From Phoronis australis (lineage: Eukaryota > Animalia > Phoronida): DNA of 64,000 nucleotides. This document shows positions 14,451 through 26,545 of this stretch, one piece after another (positions within the stretch are counted from its first letter, which is position 1; each line of letters opens with the position of its first letter). The stretch covers positions 124,001 to 188,000 of the forward strand of contig NMRA01000645.1 of NCBI GenBank assembly GCA_002633005.1, in the 5' to 3' direction. Made by a program: the position numbers and the translations under genes. The notes under the pieces are model-generated. The model ran no database searches. It worked only from the letters and a program-made list of their open reading frames with translations, and was not told where the DNA came from.

Positions 14451-16647
14451 AGACTATAGCACAGGTTGATTTTGTGCTTGAGTGTATCCTTTACCTGTTC
14501 TTATAATCTTTCAATGATATTGTACCCTATTTCTGAATTTCAAGGATGTCAAATGATTTTTTTGTTTTCCATGGCCATGTTTGCATCAAAAAAAGAAACC
14601 GGTTTCCATGATTTTGAAAGCCATCATCCGGTCCTCTATTATGTACGGGGGGTCGACCGGCAAAGTAGAGCCACGTTAAGAGTGAAGTTATCTTGAGTTT
14701 TTTCATCAACTTCTGCTGCCTAGATATCAAACTTATAACCGAAAACCCAATGCGAAAATTGACGTAAAGTCCAAAACACTAGTTTTCAATTCTCGTTGAT
14801 AAACTGATAAATTCAGTGGGATTTCCTTTTTCGCTCCAGAAATTAGTCCTTATAACAAATAGCATCACTTACACCAGGAAATTGTGGCACATAAAAATCA
14901 GTGCATCCAATACCGCAGATCAAAAAAAATTTCACATGCAAGGAAAACGTGATCATTTAGAAGCATGTGACCATGAAATTGATGATGTCATTCAATAAAA
15001 GCATTACAGAGCTGATCTAGATGGTAAGAGCGTCTGATTGGAGTTCTGAGAGATATATAGTGTCCACAATAGTTAGTCATCCACATTTCAACAGAATGCA
15101 CGAAGAGGTTTGTATTTGTTGCCGAGACATTGCTCAATACACTTGCGCAACTGGTACCTACGTCATCATTTTGAGGGGTCACGTGTTTCTGGATGGTCAC
15201 ATGCTCCTGGCATGGTTAGGTTTTTGCTGGCACGTGATTCAGTCGTGGCATAGCACGAAATATTTCTGATAAGTCATTCACGTGTGTATGAGTATAAAAG
15301 TCTTGGTGTATGTTTTAGTCTAATATGAAGTGAAATGTTGGTTTCGGTCCTGCACAGAAAAAAATAATGCCCGGAACTTACTTTCAGCTTTTGCTTAAAA
15401 AGTATATTGGAATTTTTAAATATCCAACCATCTCACAATATTGAAGCCACTTTCCATCTAATAAGGAGGTAATGAAATATGACATTCACTAGGTAGTGAT
15501 AGTGTAGTTTGTGGATAGTGTTCTATGTTCTTATGTCAGGATTTAATGCCGTAGGATAATATCCCCAGGTTTTTAACAAATTCTTTGTGATCATTATTTT
15601 GTCAAGTTGCCACTTTTCAGAATTCTCCCTGTACAAGAATTCATATTATGTTCTCGCGTAGTAATCATCCATTTTGTTAATTCAGAAAAACAACTACAGT
15701 TACACATTATCTTCACTTGCTGGGTATGTCACTATTATTTTAATAAAACTGTACTATCATGGAACACAATTTCAATCATTTGGCTAAAACATGAACTTTT
15801 CAAACATGGCTCAGAGCCTTTCAAACAGCCTCACAATTTGCAAACATGGTGCAAAACATTCCAAACACTGTACAGCACCATGTTTGAACACATGTAGGGA
15901 GAGCACTGCTTTTGTGTGGTCGGATATTTATCCCAGTCATACAATAATTTTCAAATTCTCAAATGGTCTGTGAAAGAAAGAAATGGCCTTGCGCCTCTGT
16001 CAACCTGGACCGTCTAACATACCAGAAGCAAAAAAATTGAAGCAAGCAAAAGATATTTCCATGCTCTCCCAACGCTTAAGGTTTGTGTGTTGGAGGATTC
16101 CTTTTGATGTTCTATTAAACATATTCTGCTCTTGGCCTTGAAATAACTCAAATTAGTGATCTTTAGCTGTCACTTGTTTTGAATTCTCTCAGATTAAGAA
16201 TTATTCTAATGAAGACCCTCACAAAACAATCGGTTATAAACACAGTTTACAAACACGTTGACGTTGACGCATGTCTAGTGTACCAGGCATCAACAACCTC
16301 TAAATTGACTACGTGATTTGCAAACTTCTGAACTTTCACTAATTTCCCACAAAATTACAAAGTCTGAAACTCATCAGCTTTCTATTTTTAAACATCACAA
16401 GGCTACAGACTAACTGTTTAGGTGTTCATATCTGGTGTGCAGTCAGCTTTATTTTTGGTTAAGCCAATACTAGTCTTAATCAAGAACATGTTTTGGGTAT
16501 CTGTGAGTACAGACGGTATAAAGTTAAACCAAATGCTCTTTGTGTGACTGTTTCCAAATTTAAAGGTCTTTTTTACTAGCACAAATTCACCTGTGTTTAG
16601 GATAGCGTCAGTCGCATAAAATACAATTTCCTTCTGATTTGAACTTA

Positions 16648-16755
16648 AAGGTTCCCATTCCACTGGGCTAGCTCTGACAGTAGAGCATCTCACATGATAA
16701 CTGTGAAGGTTCCCATTCCACTGGGAGTACCTCACATGTAAACTGTGAAGGTTTC
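16648..16755. repeat. Short imperfect tandem repeat
   Basis: AAGGTTCCCATTCCACTGGG twice and CTCACATG..AACTGTGAAGGTT twice. Confidence 0.75.
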
Positions 16756-18017
16756 TTGTTAACTTGAACTTACCCAGGGCTTCAAGAAGGTGCAAAGTAG
16801 CACTACAGTTAATTTCAATCAAGAATAAGCGACCTACTTTTTCAATTAGAAGAATCAAGAAAAAAGGAAATTTGAATTACCTACAATTCTAGTAAGTAGA
16901 ATGGTAACCATAAGATCTGTAAGTACATGGCCTTATATATGAATGCTCTAGCCTCATACTCAGCATTGCTAACATTCTGGTACATCAAAATAATTTGAAA
17001 TTCATGATACGTGTGGTATTGTTTATCATTTTATTCAACATTTTTACGTAAAGGTTTTAGTCAAAAATTTTAATTTCACAGAGATTAACATTTTGGTCGT
17101 GGCAGAAAACAACAAAAATGATGCCTGCCCTCATATTTGAAGAAAAGACATCGACTTATATTCAAAATCATTGCTTATTTCAGCTCTTAGTCCACGGCAA
17201 CATCATACTTGGTTTTACATCAATATTCAAATAAACCATTAACAAAAATTAACTCCAATGATGACAGTGTCATTGAGAAGGAAGTTAGACGAGTAACAAA
17301 AAAAAAACTGAGGAAAGCAGCTTGCATAATTACAGCATCTTTCTATCATTGTATAATAAAAAATTGCCTCACTGATTTGCTACACAACTTAATTGATTAT
17401 AATTTGTGCTCAAAACAGTAATTTAAATAATTTTTATTCTACAAAAGAGACCTTTGAATAACCAATATTATGATAGACAAACTCAACCATATGGAACAAA
17501 AAAAAGACTCCAGTTTTGGCTGAAACACACAATGGTCAACCTTTCGCATCTGGCCTGTTCATTTTCAAACCATGAAACCGTACATCACCTAAGAAAGAGG
17601 GTTAATTAGTGGATGAGGTATTTTCTTCTTCATCTTGGCACATCTTCCGCCTATTCTACAGCTCTATAACCTTAATTAATGACATGAGATTGACTATCAA
17701 ATTCATGGTACACAACTCATTGAACACTCCAATTAATGTGAAGGTGGTATTTATTTCTGTGATTGCTAGGACAACATTTAGTATATGCTCAAAGCAACCA
17801 CAGCAGATTTATCAAGCAAAACTGCTGTTGTATTACATAATTGTAGATGTTATACTAGGCTGAAGTAGCTTATAGTTATGGGATTACTTCCATGAGAGAG
17901 GCCACTATCAATAGCTGTCCAGGTTTAGGATAACAATGCGCAAGGTCCTGTTATTTGTTCAGCATTGTACACACAGGGTGTACACCATAGAAAGTAAACA
18001 CGTTTAAGCTGACTTAC

Positions 18018-18153
18018 CTATCGTGTTGAGTAACCTGAAGTCACTAAGTTTGTATCTGGCGTCACTGGATTCAGCGCCAACTGGAAGGTCCTTCTCCTTT
18101 TTTAGAGACCCGGCACGCTTCAGTTTCCCTTTTGCAACTTTTGCTGAAGCCAT
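18018..18153 (-). CDS. PRKX: First coding exon of a PRKX / PKA-C3-like cAMP-dependent Ser/Thr kinase catalytic subunit (MASAKVAKGKLKRAGSLKKEKDLPVGAESSDARYKLSDFRLLNTI-G)
   Basis: ATG at 18153; 136 nt (45 codons + 1) ending in a canonical phase-1 donor ATAG|GTAAGT. The C-terminal YKLSDFRLLNTIG resembles the kinase-domain entry of PRKX (YSLQDFDTLATVG-TGTFGRV) and fly Pka-C3. As I recall, PRKX has an intron at this glycine. Only this short motif supports the family call. Confidence 0.65.
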
Positions 18154-18199
18154 AGTCCATCTAAAAATAACCCCGTTTATGACCAAGAAAGTGTAACCC

Positions 18200-18910
18200 A
18201 GCACTAGATTCAAGGCCCTTGACCGAGAGCCCCCGAATACATGTAAATAACGCAGCTTCCTTAGATTCGGTAGCTCATTGCGATTTCTTCTCAGAGGCTA
18301 GTCAAATATTTGCGGTGCAGATACGCCGATGACAGTTCATTCGGAGGAGGCCAATCAACAAACTATAGCACTTCAATAAACAAACCGACACACAATCCCA
18401 CTACGCAAATTCCTCGGGAACCAACCTCGACAGCTCCCGGCTGCTGGTTTGTATGAAACTAGCAGAAGACCTTGCTGTTCCGTTCACTCCCACTGAAAGA
18501 CAAATAACCAATGATAACTGCGAAAAAAACAATATATGGAATGCTATTAGACAGAAACCACATACACAAACACATACATATATATTCTGATTCGCCAAAA
18601 TCGACGATTTCTTGAGTTGTCATAAGCTCAACTGAACCAATAAAAAGAAACACTGTTCAAATCTGGAGGGAGGAAAACGAGAGAACCTAGAAAACATGGT
18701 TTGTTTTCGCTCAAACAGACTTTTAATTTTGTTTACAAAGTGGTTGCCGTTATTTATGTGCGTTTCGAGTATTAGGTATGAAAACTGCAATCCGTTTCAT
18801 AGAACAAAACCACATTCAAATGAAGTATTGTTAAAAACACAACCGTGGCTGCAGCTCATTGGTGTCAGTAACTTCCGGGCGAGATTGAAAATGTTTTGGA
18901 CGTGATGTTT
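18200..18910 (-). promoter_or_regulatory. CpG-enriched promoter/5' UTR region of the PRKX-like gene
   Basis: Raised CpG density relative to flanks; CCAAT boxes (GGCCAATC ~18349, CTCATTGG ~18856); ETS-like ACTTCCGG (~18871), directly upstream of the first coding exon. Confidence 0.45.
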
Positions 18911-19098
18911 GGACTAATTTTCATCCATTCTGATGGTTTTGATACAGCCTATATTGTTTACGCTTTAATTCAACTAGTAAGTACGACTTTCACAAATGAA
19001 GTAGCGTAAGTGTAACAATTTTCGACACATTTTCACCTTATTTTGTAGTTTGTCATGATGAACAGACACGACTCTCGAGCCTCACGCCTGTCACGGGG

Positions 19099-22016
19099 TA
19101 GGCAATGACCATCGCCTCTGTTGGCCCCGACCAGATGCGATGCAGCTCCTATAGGCGCTCCATACGCCGGAAGCTTTTCGGCGAATTATGCCTCGCACCG
19201 ATTAAAACATCAAAGTCACGTTGTTATAAATACCTTTTGCGCATAGAGGAATACCTTAGGAGGTTGTCGATGTGTTTAATTCCTTCCTACTCGAACAAAT
19301 ACTCCCGTTATCAAACTTTTTCTTCAAGCAGTCCCTATTTCAGTTCCCAAAATCGTGAACTCACCATTTTTATACTGCGCACGCTCCAATTTTTACCGCG
19401 CTCACTAGGTGATGTGACTTCATGACTTCAATCTTTAAATAGGCCAAAGGTGAGCCATTGCGTGTCAGCAGGGACTCATCTAGGATTTGAAAATTGGGGG
19501 TCCAAATTCATGAGACTGACAAGTCATGCAAAGCGCAAATCTGAGGCGCGCAGCGTTGATGGGGGGGGAGGTTTGGGGAGGGGGGATTCCCCCACCCGCT
19601 GAGGAAAAAATTGTTACAAAAAAAGGTCATTTCCTTGCAGTTTATTTAGCACACTGTTTGCTTGTCTTTTTCTTGTTCAAAGGACGGAACATAGGGAAAC
19701 GAAACAAAAATTAGGTGGTTTGTTCCATTCGATGTGTGTATATTGTCACTAGACTGCAAAAATCAACATCTGTAAATCTTATTAGTAAGATAATCTGTTT
19801 AGAGTTGCATGTTAGACAGATAATCCACTGTATGAGTACAGGACTCAATTTATCTTGAAGCTCTCAAATGAGAAGTGTACTACCCAGTACTTTAATGCAG
19901 TTGAGAAACTGCATTAAAATTATGAGAAGGCAATAAAGTTTCATTCGAAAGGACATGAAGAAATACATCCTAGAGTACATGTCTACGTTTCATTACATCG
20001 CACAGTACTGCAATTCACGAGTCTACAACAACAAGACCATATCCTCAACAAATTCACAACTCATTGTCACCAGTGCTCAACACGGACGAAAATCTCAGCT
20101 GGAAAATAGGAGTGACGGCACATGTGCACTCGCGCGTGTATACCCGGACTTGGCTTTGCAAAGGATCGTGACCAAAAAAAAAACGTCGAAACTCTGTGTT
20201 TGAATTTGGCATTCATATTTTTACTTTCTAAACGTTTTTCCGAGCGCTTGTAAATTTCACTGGCTACGTGGTCGCCAGGTACATCGTAGTTGTTAACATC
20301 TTCTGCAGTGCATTGTAAGTGGACACTTTGTTGAATTGAAACTTACCAGGTCGAAAGTCAATCACAGTCTTTCATAGTACGCTACAAGAAATTTATTCTT
20401 AAAAAGAACCATTATTTTCTCCCGCAGTTTAAGAGCCAAATCCCCCGGCCTGGTTCACGGCCGAAGTAACAGGTGCTGTGCACGTGACTGTCTGACCTAC
20501 TTTTTTCCATGCGGCGCGAGTGCCACACTAAGAGGTTTAACTCGAATCGCCCAATAATCATAGAATTCCACAAAAAGTTGAACTATTTTGAGGCATTTAC
20601 TTTCATGCTAAGTTAGTCATTGAATACGTCACTAACATTACACACCACATTTTTTTTCTCGTAAAGTTTGCACTGCATTCTCGCGCATCAATGTAAGTCG
20701 TTCGGCCGTGCAAATTTTTTTGATATTTTTTCATTCATTCGTTCGAGTTGCAACGGAACTATGGGACCAAATTAAGGAAGTTTGTGCGAAGTTTTATCTG
20801 GTTTGCATGTTCAACGACATTGACTGGCATTTGTACGGCAGGTCAGTACTATATTTTGGCGGGTATCATTTTTTTCGAAGTGTGCGTTCTCAGCTATTTC
20901 AAATTGGCTGCTCCGTCGAATTCATCGAGTGCCGCTTCAACTTCCGCGTCGGCAACTAGCATTAGGGTTTCTGCAAATCCTTTGAACTTCGGGTGTGGGT
21001 TCTTCAATTTCAAAGATTAAATGTCCATGTACGGGTAGTTAGCACTGGATGCAATATTTCTCGACACTAGTCGTGCGGGGGATTCCGTATGAAGTCACCT
21101 TGACGTCACAGAACAGGAAGGTATTCCCCAAAGATGGCTGCCGGTATTTGCCGATCGTCATTGTGACATTTATAGTAAAAATAGACGGCAAAAGTTTTTA
21201 ATGTCGAGTTATTTCTTAATATTTAGCTAACTTAAACAATGAATTGTAGGTTTCAATAAAATTTATTAATAATAAATGTTAAAATTCTTCGTTTAGCCTT
21301 CATTTTCGCCGAGGTTGTCTTGGAACAGGCCGTCTTTTTTCCGTCTTGGCCGTGCCGTCCAAAGCCGTCATTTTTTTTAAAAGGGTCATCCCAAGGATGG
21401 CCAGGACGGCCGCTAGATGAGTCCCTGCGTGTCGGTCAAATGTTCGTTTCCAAAATGCCACCACTGCTTGTCTTTAATTGGCGTTACTTGAAACTGATTG
21501 TATTTCAATGAATTATTATTTGTATTTTATAAAAGTAAATGCTGTTGATATGACATTTAATAGTCTTTGTGCACATATTTGACATTTTAATGTTTAACAA
21601 CACGGCAAATGCACGGCTGGTTCCCGGCAGCACGTACGCAGATGGCGGGGACTTCAGCTTTCAAAGTTCGCCGGTAGGACCGCAACTTCTGACCTTCGGC
21701 CTGGTTAAATGAATGAGGTCCTATCTCTTGGTGTGCTCCAAGTGAAAATGGTGAGTTCACGATTTTGGGAACTGAAATAGGGACTGCTTGAAGAAAAAGT
21801 TTGATAACGGGAGTATTTGTTCAAGTAGGAATGAATTAAACACATCGACAACCTCCTAAGGTGTTCCTCTATGCGCAAAAGGTATTTATAACAACGTGAC
21901 TTTGATGTTTTAGTCGGTGCGAGGCATAATTCACCGAAAAGCTTCCGGCGTATGGAGCGCCTATAGGAGCTGCATCGCCTCTGGTCGGGGCCAACAGAGG
22001 CGATGGTCATTGCCTA
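19099..22016. mobile_element. Non-autonomous Mutator (MULE)-like DNA transposon, 2918 bp
   Basis: 272-bp terminal inverted repeats (19099-19370 and 21745-22016, starting TAGGCAATGACC) with few substitutions. Perfect 9-bp TSD GTCACGGGG at 19090-19098 and 22017-22025. Long TIRs with a 9-bp TSD are typical of Mutator. No transposase ORF. Confidence 0.85.
19469..21427. mobile_element. Non-autonomous hAT element nested inside the MULE-like element
   Basis: Perfect 15-bp TIR CAGGGACTCATCTAG ... CTAGATGAGTCCCTG; 8-bp TSD CGTGTCAG (19461-19468) / CGTGTCGG (21428-21435), 7/8 match. Confidence 0.85.
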
Positions 22017-22459
22017 GTCACGGGGCTGCCTTAGCTTGCTTAGGTTAGGTTCATAGGCATCCTCAGCTTCTGACCGTCGCCAATACACTAAAAGAAAACT
22101 ACAAGGTATGACACTCCGGACCAGAAATTAAACGGTGCTTCATTTCAGCCATCCATAGTAAACACAAAACTCTATAAATTTACATAAAACAGGGGTTCCC
22201 AAAAAGTCGCTGTGTACTAATATGCTTCACGGGAGTCGGGTCGAGGCCAATCCAATCATTTCAAAATAAGCAAATAAAATCGAGTGAAGCATGCATATAT
22301 AATGTTAAGTTATAATTAAGACATACCTTGACTCTGGATACAATTAAGTCAACATAACTTAATTTTGGGCCGGGGAAGTTACATGTAATCACGCCTGTTG
22401 ACCAACAAAATGTGCAAGAGACACAAACCTTACAAATTTCACCTGATTGCTTCCCATGC

Positions 22460-22589
22460 TATATTTTGCAAGTGTCACATGCCACGTCACGCACTTCGCT
22501 CAGTCTCGTGCTAGCCTAACTCACGTGATTCAGTTGAAATACTCTGTGGTTGTCGCGTGCACGGTGAAAAAGTTAACGGTTACCAAAAG
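22460..22589 (+). promoter_or_regulatory. Candidate promoter/TSS region of the IQCJ-SCHIP1-like gene
   Basis: CpG-rich patch with CRE/ATF-like CCACGTCAC (~22481) and E-box TCACGTGA (~22521), upstream of the first plausible splice donor at 23647. Confidence 0.4.
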
Positions 22590-23573
22590 CATAGGCGGAT
22601 TTAGGGGGTGTCCCAGGGGGCAGGCCCCCCCCTTGGCTGCTGCAAAAAAATAAAACAGCAAGAGCGTAGGGAAATGTTGAGTTTATTAATTAACCCTGGT
22701 AATTAAAATTATGCGGATGAAACAAGATTTAAATATGTGCAGTTTTAGTGTTTGGGGGGCTCAGATCCAATTTCAAGTGTCAAATTCGGAACACGGCGCA
22801 TTCGTAACAAAACTATGGCTAAGTATTGGCTCTCCCGCGATATCCCAGGTGAACGGCAGTGGCGCTGCGCACTACGACTCCCGATTCCGTCGTCTGCTCT
22901 ACTGTGCAATGAAGAAAATTTACTTCATTTTTTCAAGATAATGGAACCTGAGTGACGATGAAAAAACAGAAGCTGCTGTTAAGATGTGAATTTTAATCGA
23001 AGCCTTAGTGAATCACTCAGAAACTCATAATTCTGTCTTTGTCAAACCTTAACTTAAGACAATTTTTTAAAGCAATCCCGTCATTATTGCCAACACGAAA
23101 AACGGATTTCGTCTTTTGAGAATTTGAAGACTATTTTAAATACAACAAATTTGTTAAGAACCAATTGCACAAAATATAAAACGTGTAATAAACATTACAA
23201 AAAGAAGTAGGTTTCGCGCGCAAACCCTGTGGACCATAAATAAGTAGGTCTCTTGATACAAGATTAGTAGTTAAATCGTGGTGGTGTAGTGGTAAGGCAC
23301 GCATGCTCTATCCGCCAGGTCGTGAGTTTGAGTCTGTGGTACTTTTTCCTGATTTACATATTCTCCGTGTTTTTATGCCTTTTTGTCTTGAATAATACTT
23401 CGGGAATCAAGGAAAATGCTTGATTTTTAGAGGAAAAAACAGAAAAATTTCCTGGGCTTGCCCCTCTCCCGACCTCCCCCCATTCTGTGCTATGCACATC
23501 TACAATCGTGGTTTGCGCAAATGCTTACAGCCGGACGAAATGTTGCAACCCCCCTTGTGTAGATCCGCCACTG
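22590..23573. mobile_element. MITE with CA(T/G)(A/T)GGCGGAT(T/C)TA termini and 5-bp TSD (hAT5-like)
   Basis: Left end CATAGGCGGATTTAGGGGG, right end TAGATCCGCCACTG; flanked by AAAAG at 22585-22589 and 23574-23578. Confidence 0.7.
23278..23340 (+). repeat. Degenerate tRNA-derived (SINE-head-like) fragment inside the MITE
   Basis: A-box-like TGGTGTAGTGGTAAG and B-box-like GAGTTTGAGTC at tRNA-like spacing; no complete cloverleaf. Confidence 0.45.
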
Positions 23574-23646
23574 AAAAGTCACCTTAATTCTCATAGCTAT
23601 GCTTCATCAAAGATATGAGTAGATGAAGAAAGGATCACTGAAGAAA
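23574..23646 (+). other. Candidate non-coding leader exon (3' part) of the IQCJ-SCHIP1-like gene, containing uORFs
   Basis: Strong donor AAA|GTAAGT at 23647. Possible acceptor TCATAG| at 23596, or continuous with the promoter across the MITE. Purine-rich, exon-like composition. Confidence 0.45.
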
Positions 23647-26545
23647 GTAAGTGTCTTTGTAAGTGATAGTTTTAAGTGTAGAATGTAGTTTTGACGAGGT
23701 GAAAACTTTTAATCGGTGAGTGGATTTTGCCTACCGCCCGTTAAAAATACACAGGACGACATTAGTACAGAAAGTGATGGGAAGTACTGTAGCCTCTAAC
23801 CGGCCAAGCGAGGGGCTACATGTTGCCTAAGCCCAGGCCAACCTATGTACATCCATGCGATTACGTGTAACAAAGAGTTTCAAAGTAACTTCTGTATCGT
23901 GGGGGAAATGTAGGGCACATGTTATGTACTTTTAACTGGTTGATAAACAGAAGAATGAAATAATTAACATACTGATGCATGTGACTATGGCAAGTTTAGT
24001 ATTTAACGGTACATTTCTACATACCGCAAGTCTGTTTTGACTCAGTATTTCTTTTCCTACGAATTTTCATTTTACTTCGACACAGGAAACAACACTTGCA
24101 TGTACTTGATACCTAGTTGTGCATACTTTGTAGAGTCTTAACTCATTAAATCCATGTTTAATATGATATTCAATATCTGTCTGTAGTGGCATAGTGAGGA
24201 TTATTACAGCCCGAAAGAAAAGAAAACCATGTACCTCCTACTTCCGGTAGCCTTCATTTTTTGCTGCCATGCAGGCGATCAATATTTGGTTTGCCCCCTT
24301 ATTGGCGCTGGCCCCCGCTACGATTCTTCCTCCCCCACTCTAGCTATTGCACCAAGGGTGACTTGCACTAGTTTATGTGGCAGTCTGGACACAACTTATT
24401 TTATCTTGATTTTCATTGGAACATGCTTTTGAGTTGAATGCTTCAATTAAATTTGTCTGATAGTGTGCCACATCTTGGTCAAAAATAGTTGCACTATTCC
24501 ATTAAGGTTACTTGTACCCCTAATTGCTGTGCTATATTTATCCTAAAATGTCTAATTAACTAGCAACTGTCAACCCATGAAAGTATATATTTTCTGAAAG
24601 TAGAAGTCAAAAAGAATTCATCATTTAATTCACATCATTGTGCCATTGTTGTGATCCCTTTAGTCGGCATTTTGGCTGAAAAAGTTTTTTTTGAAACTTG
24701 CATCAATAACCAATTGATTCTTTAGCTTTCAATATTAAGACTTTGGACTACAAAACTTTGGCAAATTTGCACCAAAACTGTGTCTGGGATTTTGAATGTA
24801 ACATTTTTCAAAAACAACATGACTTTTAATCCTAAATCAAACATAAAAATCAATGAAACCTGGAATCGAAAATCTGAGACAGGGTTTTTGTATTGAATGG
24901 TTGAAGTCTGAAAATTCAAATACCGAGGAAATACATCAGCTCTTTTCCAAGAGACTTGACCGGTTAATCAGCGTTTTTGCACAGTTTTCGGAGTAAGAGA
25001 AATGAGTTGTCATGTCACGTGACCAAGGTGGTGCTTATAAAATTAGGTCACCTCACGTAGCAGTGCATCAGTGAAAGTGATTGAAAGGTAGAATTATAGC
25101 TGAGGAAAATGCCTGCGTCAAAGACAACGTGAAATTGAGAATTCAACCGGCGGGAGAAAAGTATGCGATCAAATTCTTGAACTCGGATAAGAAGTGTGTT
25201 GAATTTTCTCAGTAGCTGAGTAACTTATTTACAGTTTCCTAAGCTGCGCTACAGCTGGAAACCGGTGGTATGGCCGACAGACGTTCTCTCATGCAATGGC
25301 ATTTCTATTATAACTCACGATTTAGTTTAGTGTTTAAGAATCACCTAGGATCCATTGTGAATCCTGCGTATCACAAAGGGTAATATTTTGTCGCACAGAA
25401 GTTGTCTCTCGAGTTCTAAATAACGATATTTATAATCACTGTCAAAACTGAGTAACTTGTATAACTCCAGTCATTTCCTTCGGGATTTATACCGGGGTTT
25501 TTTACTTGAGTATAATGCACATGATGGAGTTGATAAGAATTGTTTCTCGGTCGCTTTCCACTAATTTTGCCCTCCAGTATGACAAAAATTCCTTTTTATT
25601 TACGAACCATGTTATCGGTATCAGTCGGATATCAACAGTGAATAGTATACTGGGTGACACTGCAGCTGACCAGGAACGGCGGGTTGAGCGATGGCCTAGC
25701 CTATTAATGAACAATAGGGCTTTGCATTTTGGGACAAATTTAGCACAAAATATGATTTGATTGACACATAGCAGGATCACGTTTCATGTGCTAGGAAAGG
25801 CTTCTGAAAAAGCGACGATTTTAAATAGAAAAAACAGTTGTAAGGGAGAAACCGAATATATTTGAAATCCTCACATATTTCGCCATGAATAAAAGAAATA
25901 TTTAATTAACAACAAAATTTATTGAGACAGAGGTACACATATCCTTGAGCAGAAATAAGCTGGCTATAGCATTGTGTGGTGATATTATCTCTACTTGACA
26001 CTGTTGTGACGCATAGTTTTCAAGCTGCTATTTAACTGCATTTTGTCAACCTTTGATTGAGACCTTTTCCAATACTATACATTCCTCAGATCTCATGCAT
26101 TAAAACCTCATTTTCTCACCAATCCCAATAAACTCTGAAGCGTTTTCTTGAGTTAGTGATGGTTTTGATATTCTTGTTTGTTTTTTATTGCAACACAAGT
26201 ATAAAACAATACAATAATGGTGCAGGTAATTGGCCCAGAAAACGTAGGAAAGTAAAGTCCTATAAAACTAAGAAATACGATTTTATGAGCTTAAAAGTGA
26301 CTTGATTCATTTTTCTTTTTCGTTATCTAAACACAGAGGATCTGGATCTTTAGTTACTGGTCTAAAGAACATTTACAGATTAGGCTTGGGGGAAAGTAAA
26401 AATAAATTCAATTTAGTTAAACTTTGCCTTTCCATAGCATGTGCTATACATATTGAAATTATTAGTAAATGATTGTGAGATTAAATACATATAAACTGTG
26501 TTGCACTTACAGGTGTGTCTTTCGAATCCTTGACCGCTGCTCAAA

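Larger units (their letters stand above)
1..18017 (-). other. Probable long first intron (>18 kb) of the PRKX-like gene
   Basis: Begins with GTAAGT at 18017 on the minus strand. By eye I found no exon encoding GTGTFGRV or any other kinase subdomain. The region is AT-rich with repeats only. Confidence 0.5.

Noticed and set aside
16418-16858. 146-aa minus-strand ORF in the kinase intron
   Set aside because: Non-ATG start, spans a tandem repeat, no kinase or other recognisable motif.
19105-19425. ORF pair 19105-19425(+) and 21705-22010(-) encoding near-identical ~100-aa peptides
   Set aside because: They are the two TIRs of the MULE-like element; similarity stops exactly at the TIR boundary.
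23278-23340. Possible tRNA gene
   Set aside because: A/B boxes only; acceptor and anticodon stems do not pair; embedded in a MITE.
23623-23646. uORF peptide KGSLKK resembles AGSLKK in the kinase exon
   Set aside because: Five-residue Lys-rich match with different codons; most likely coincidence.
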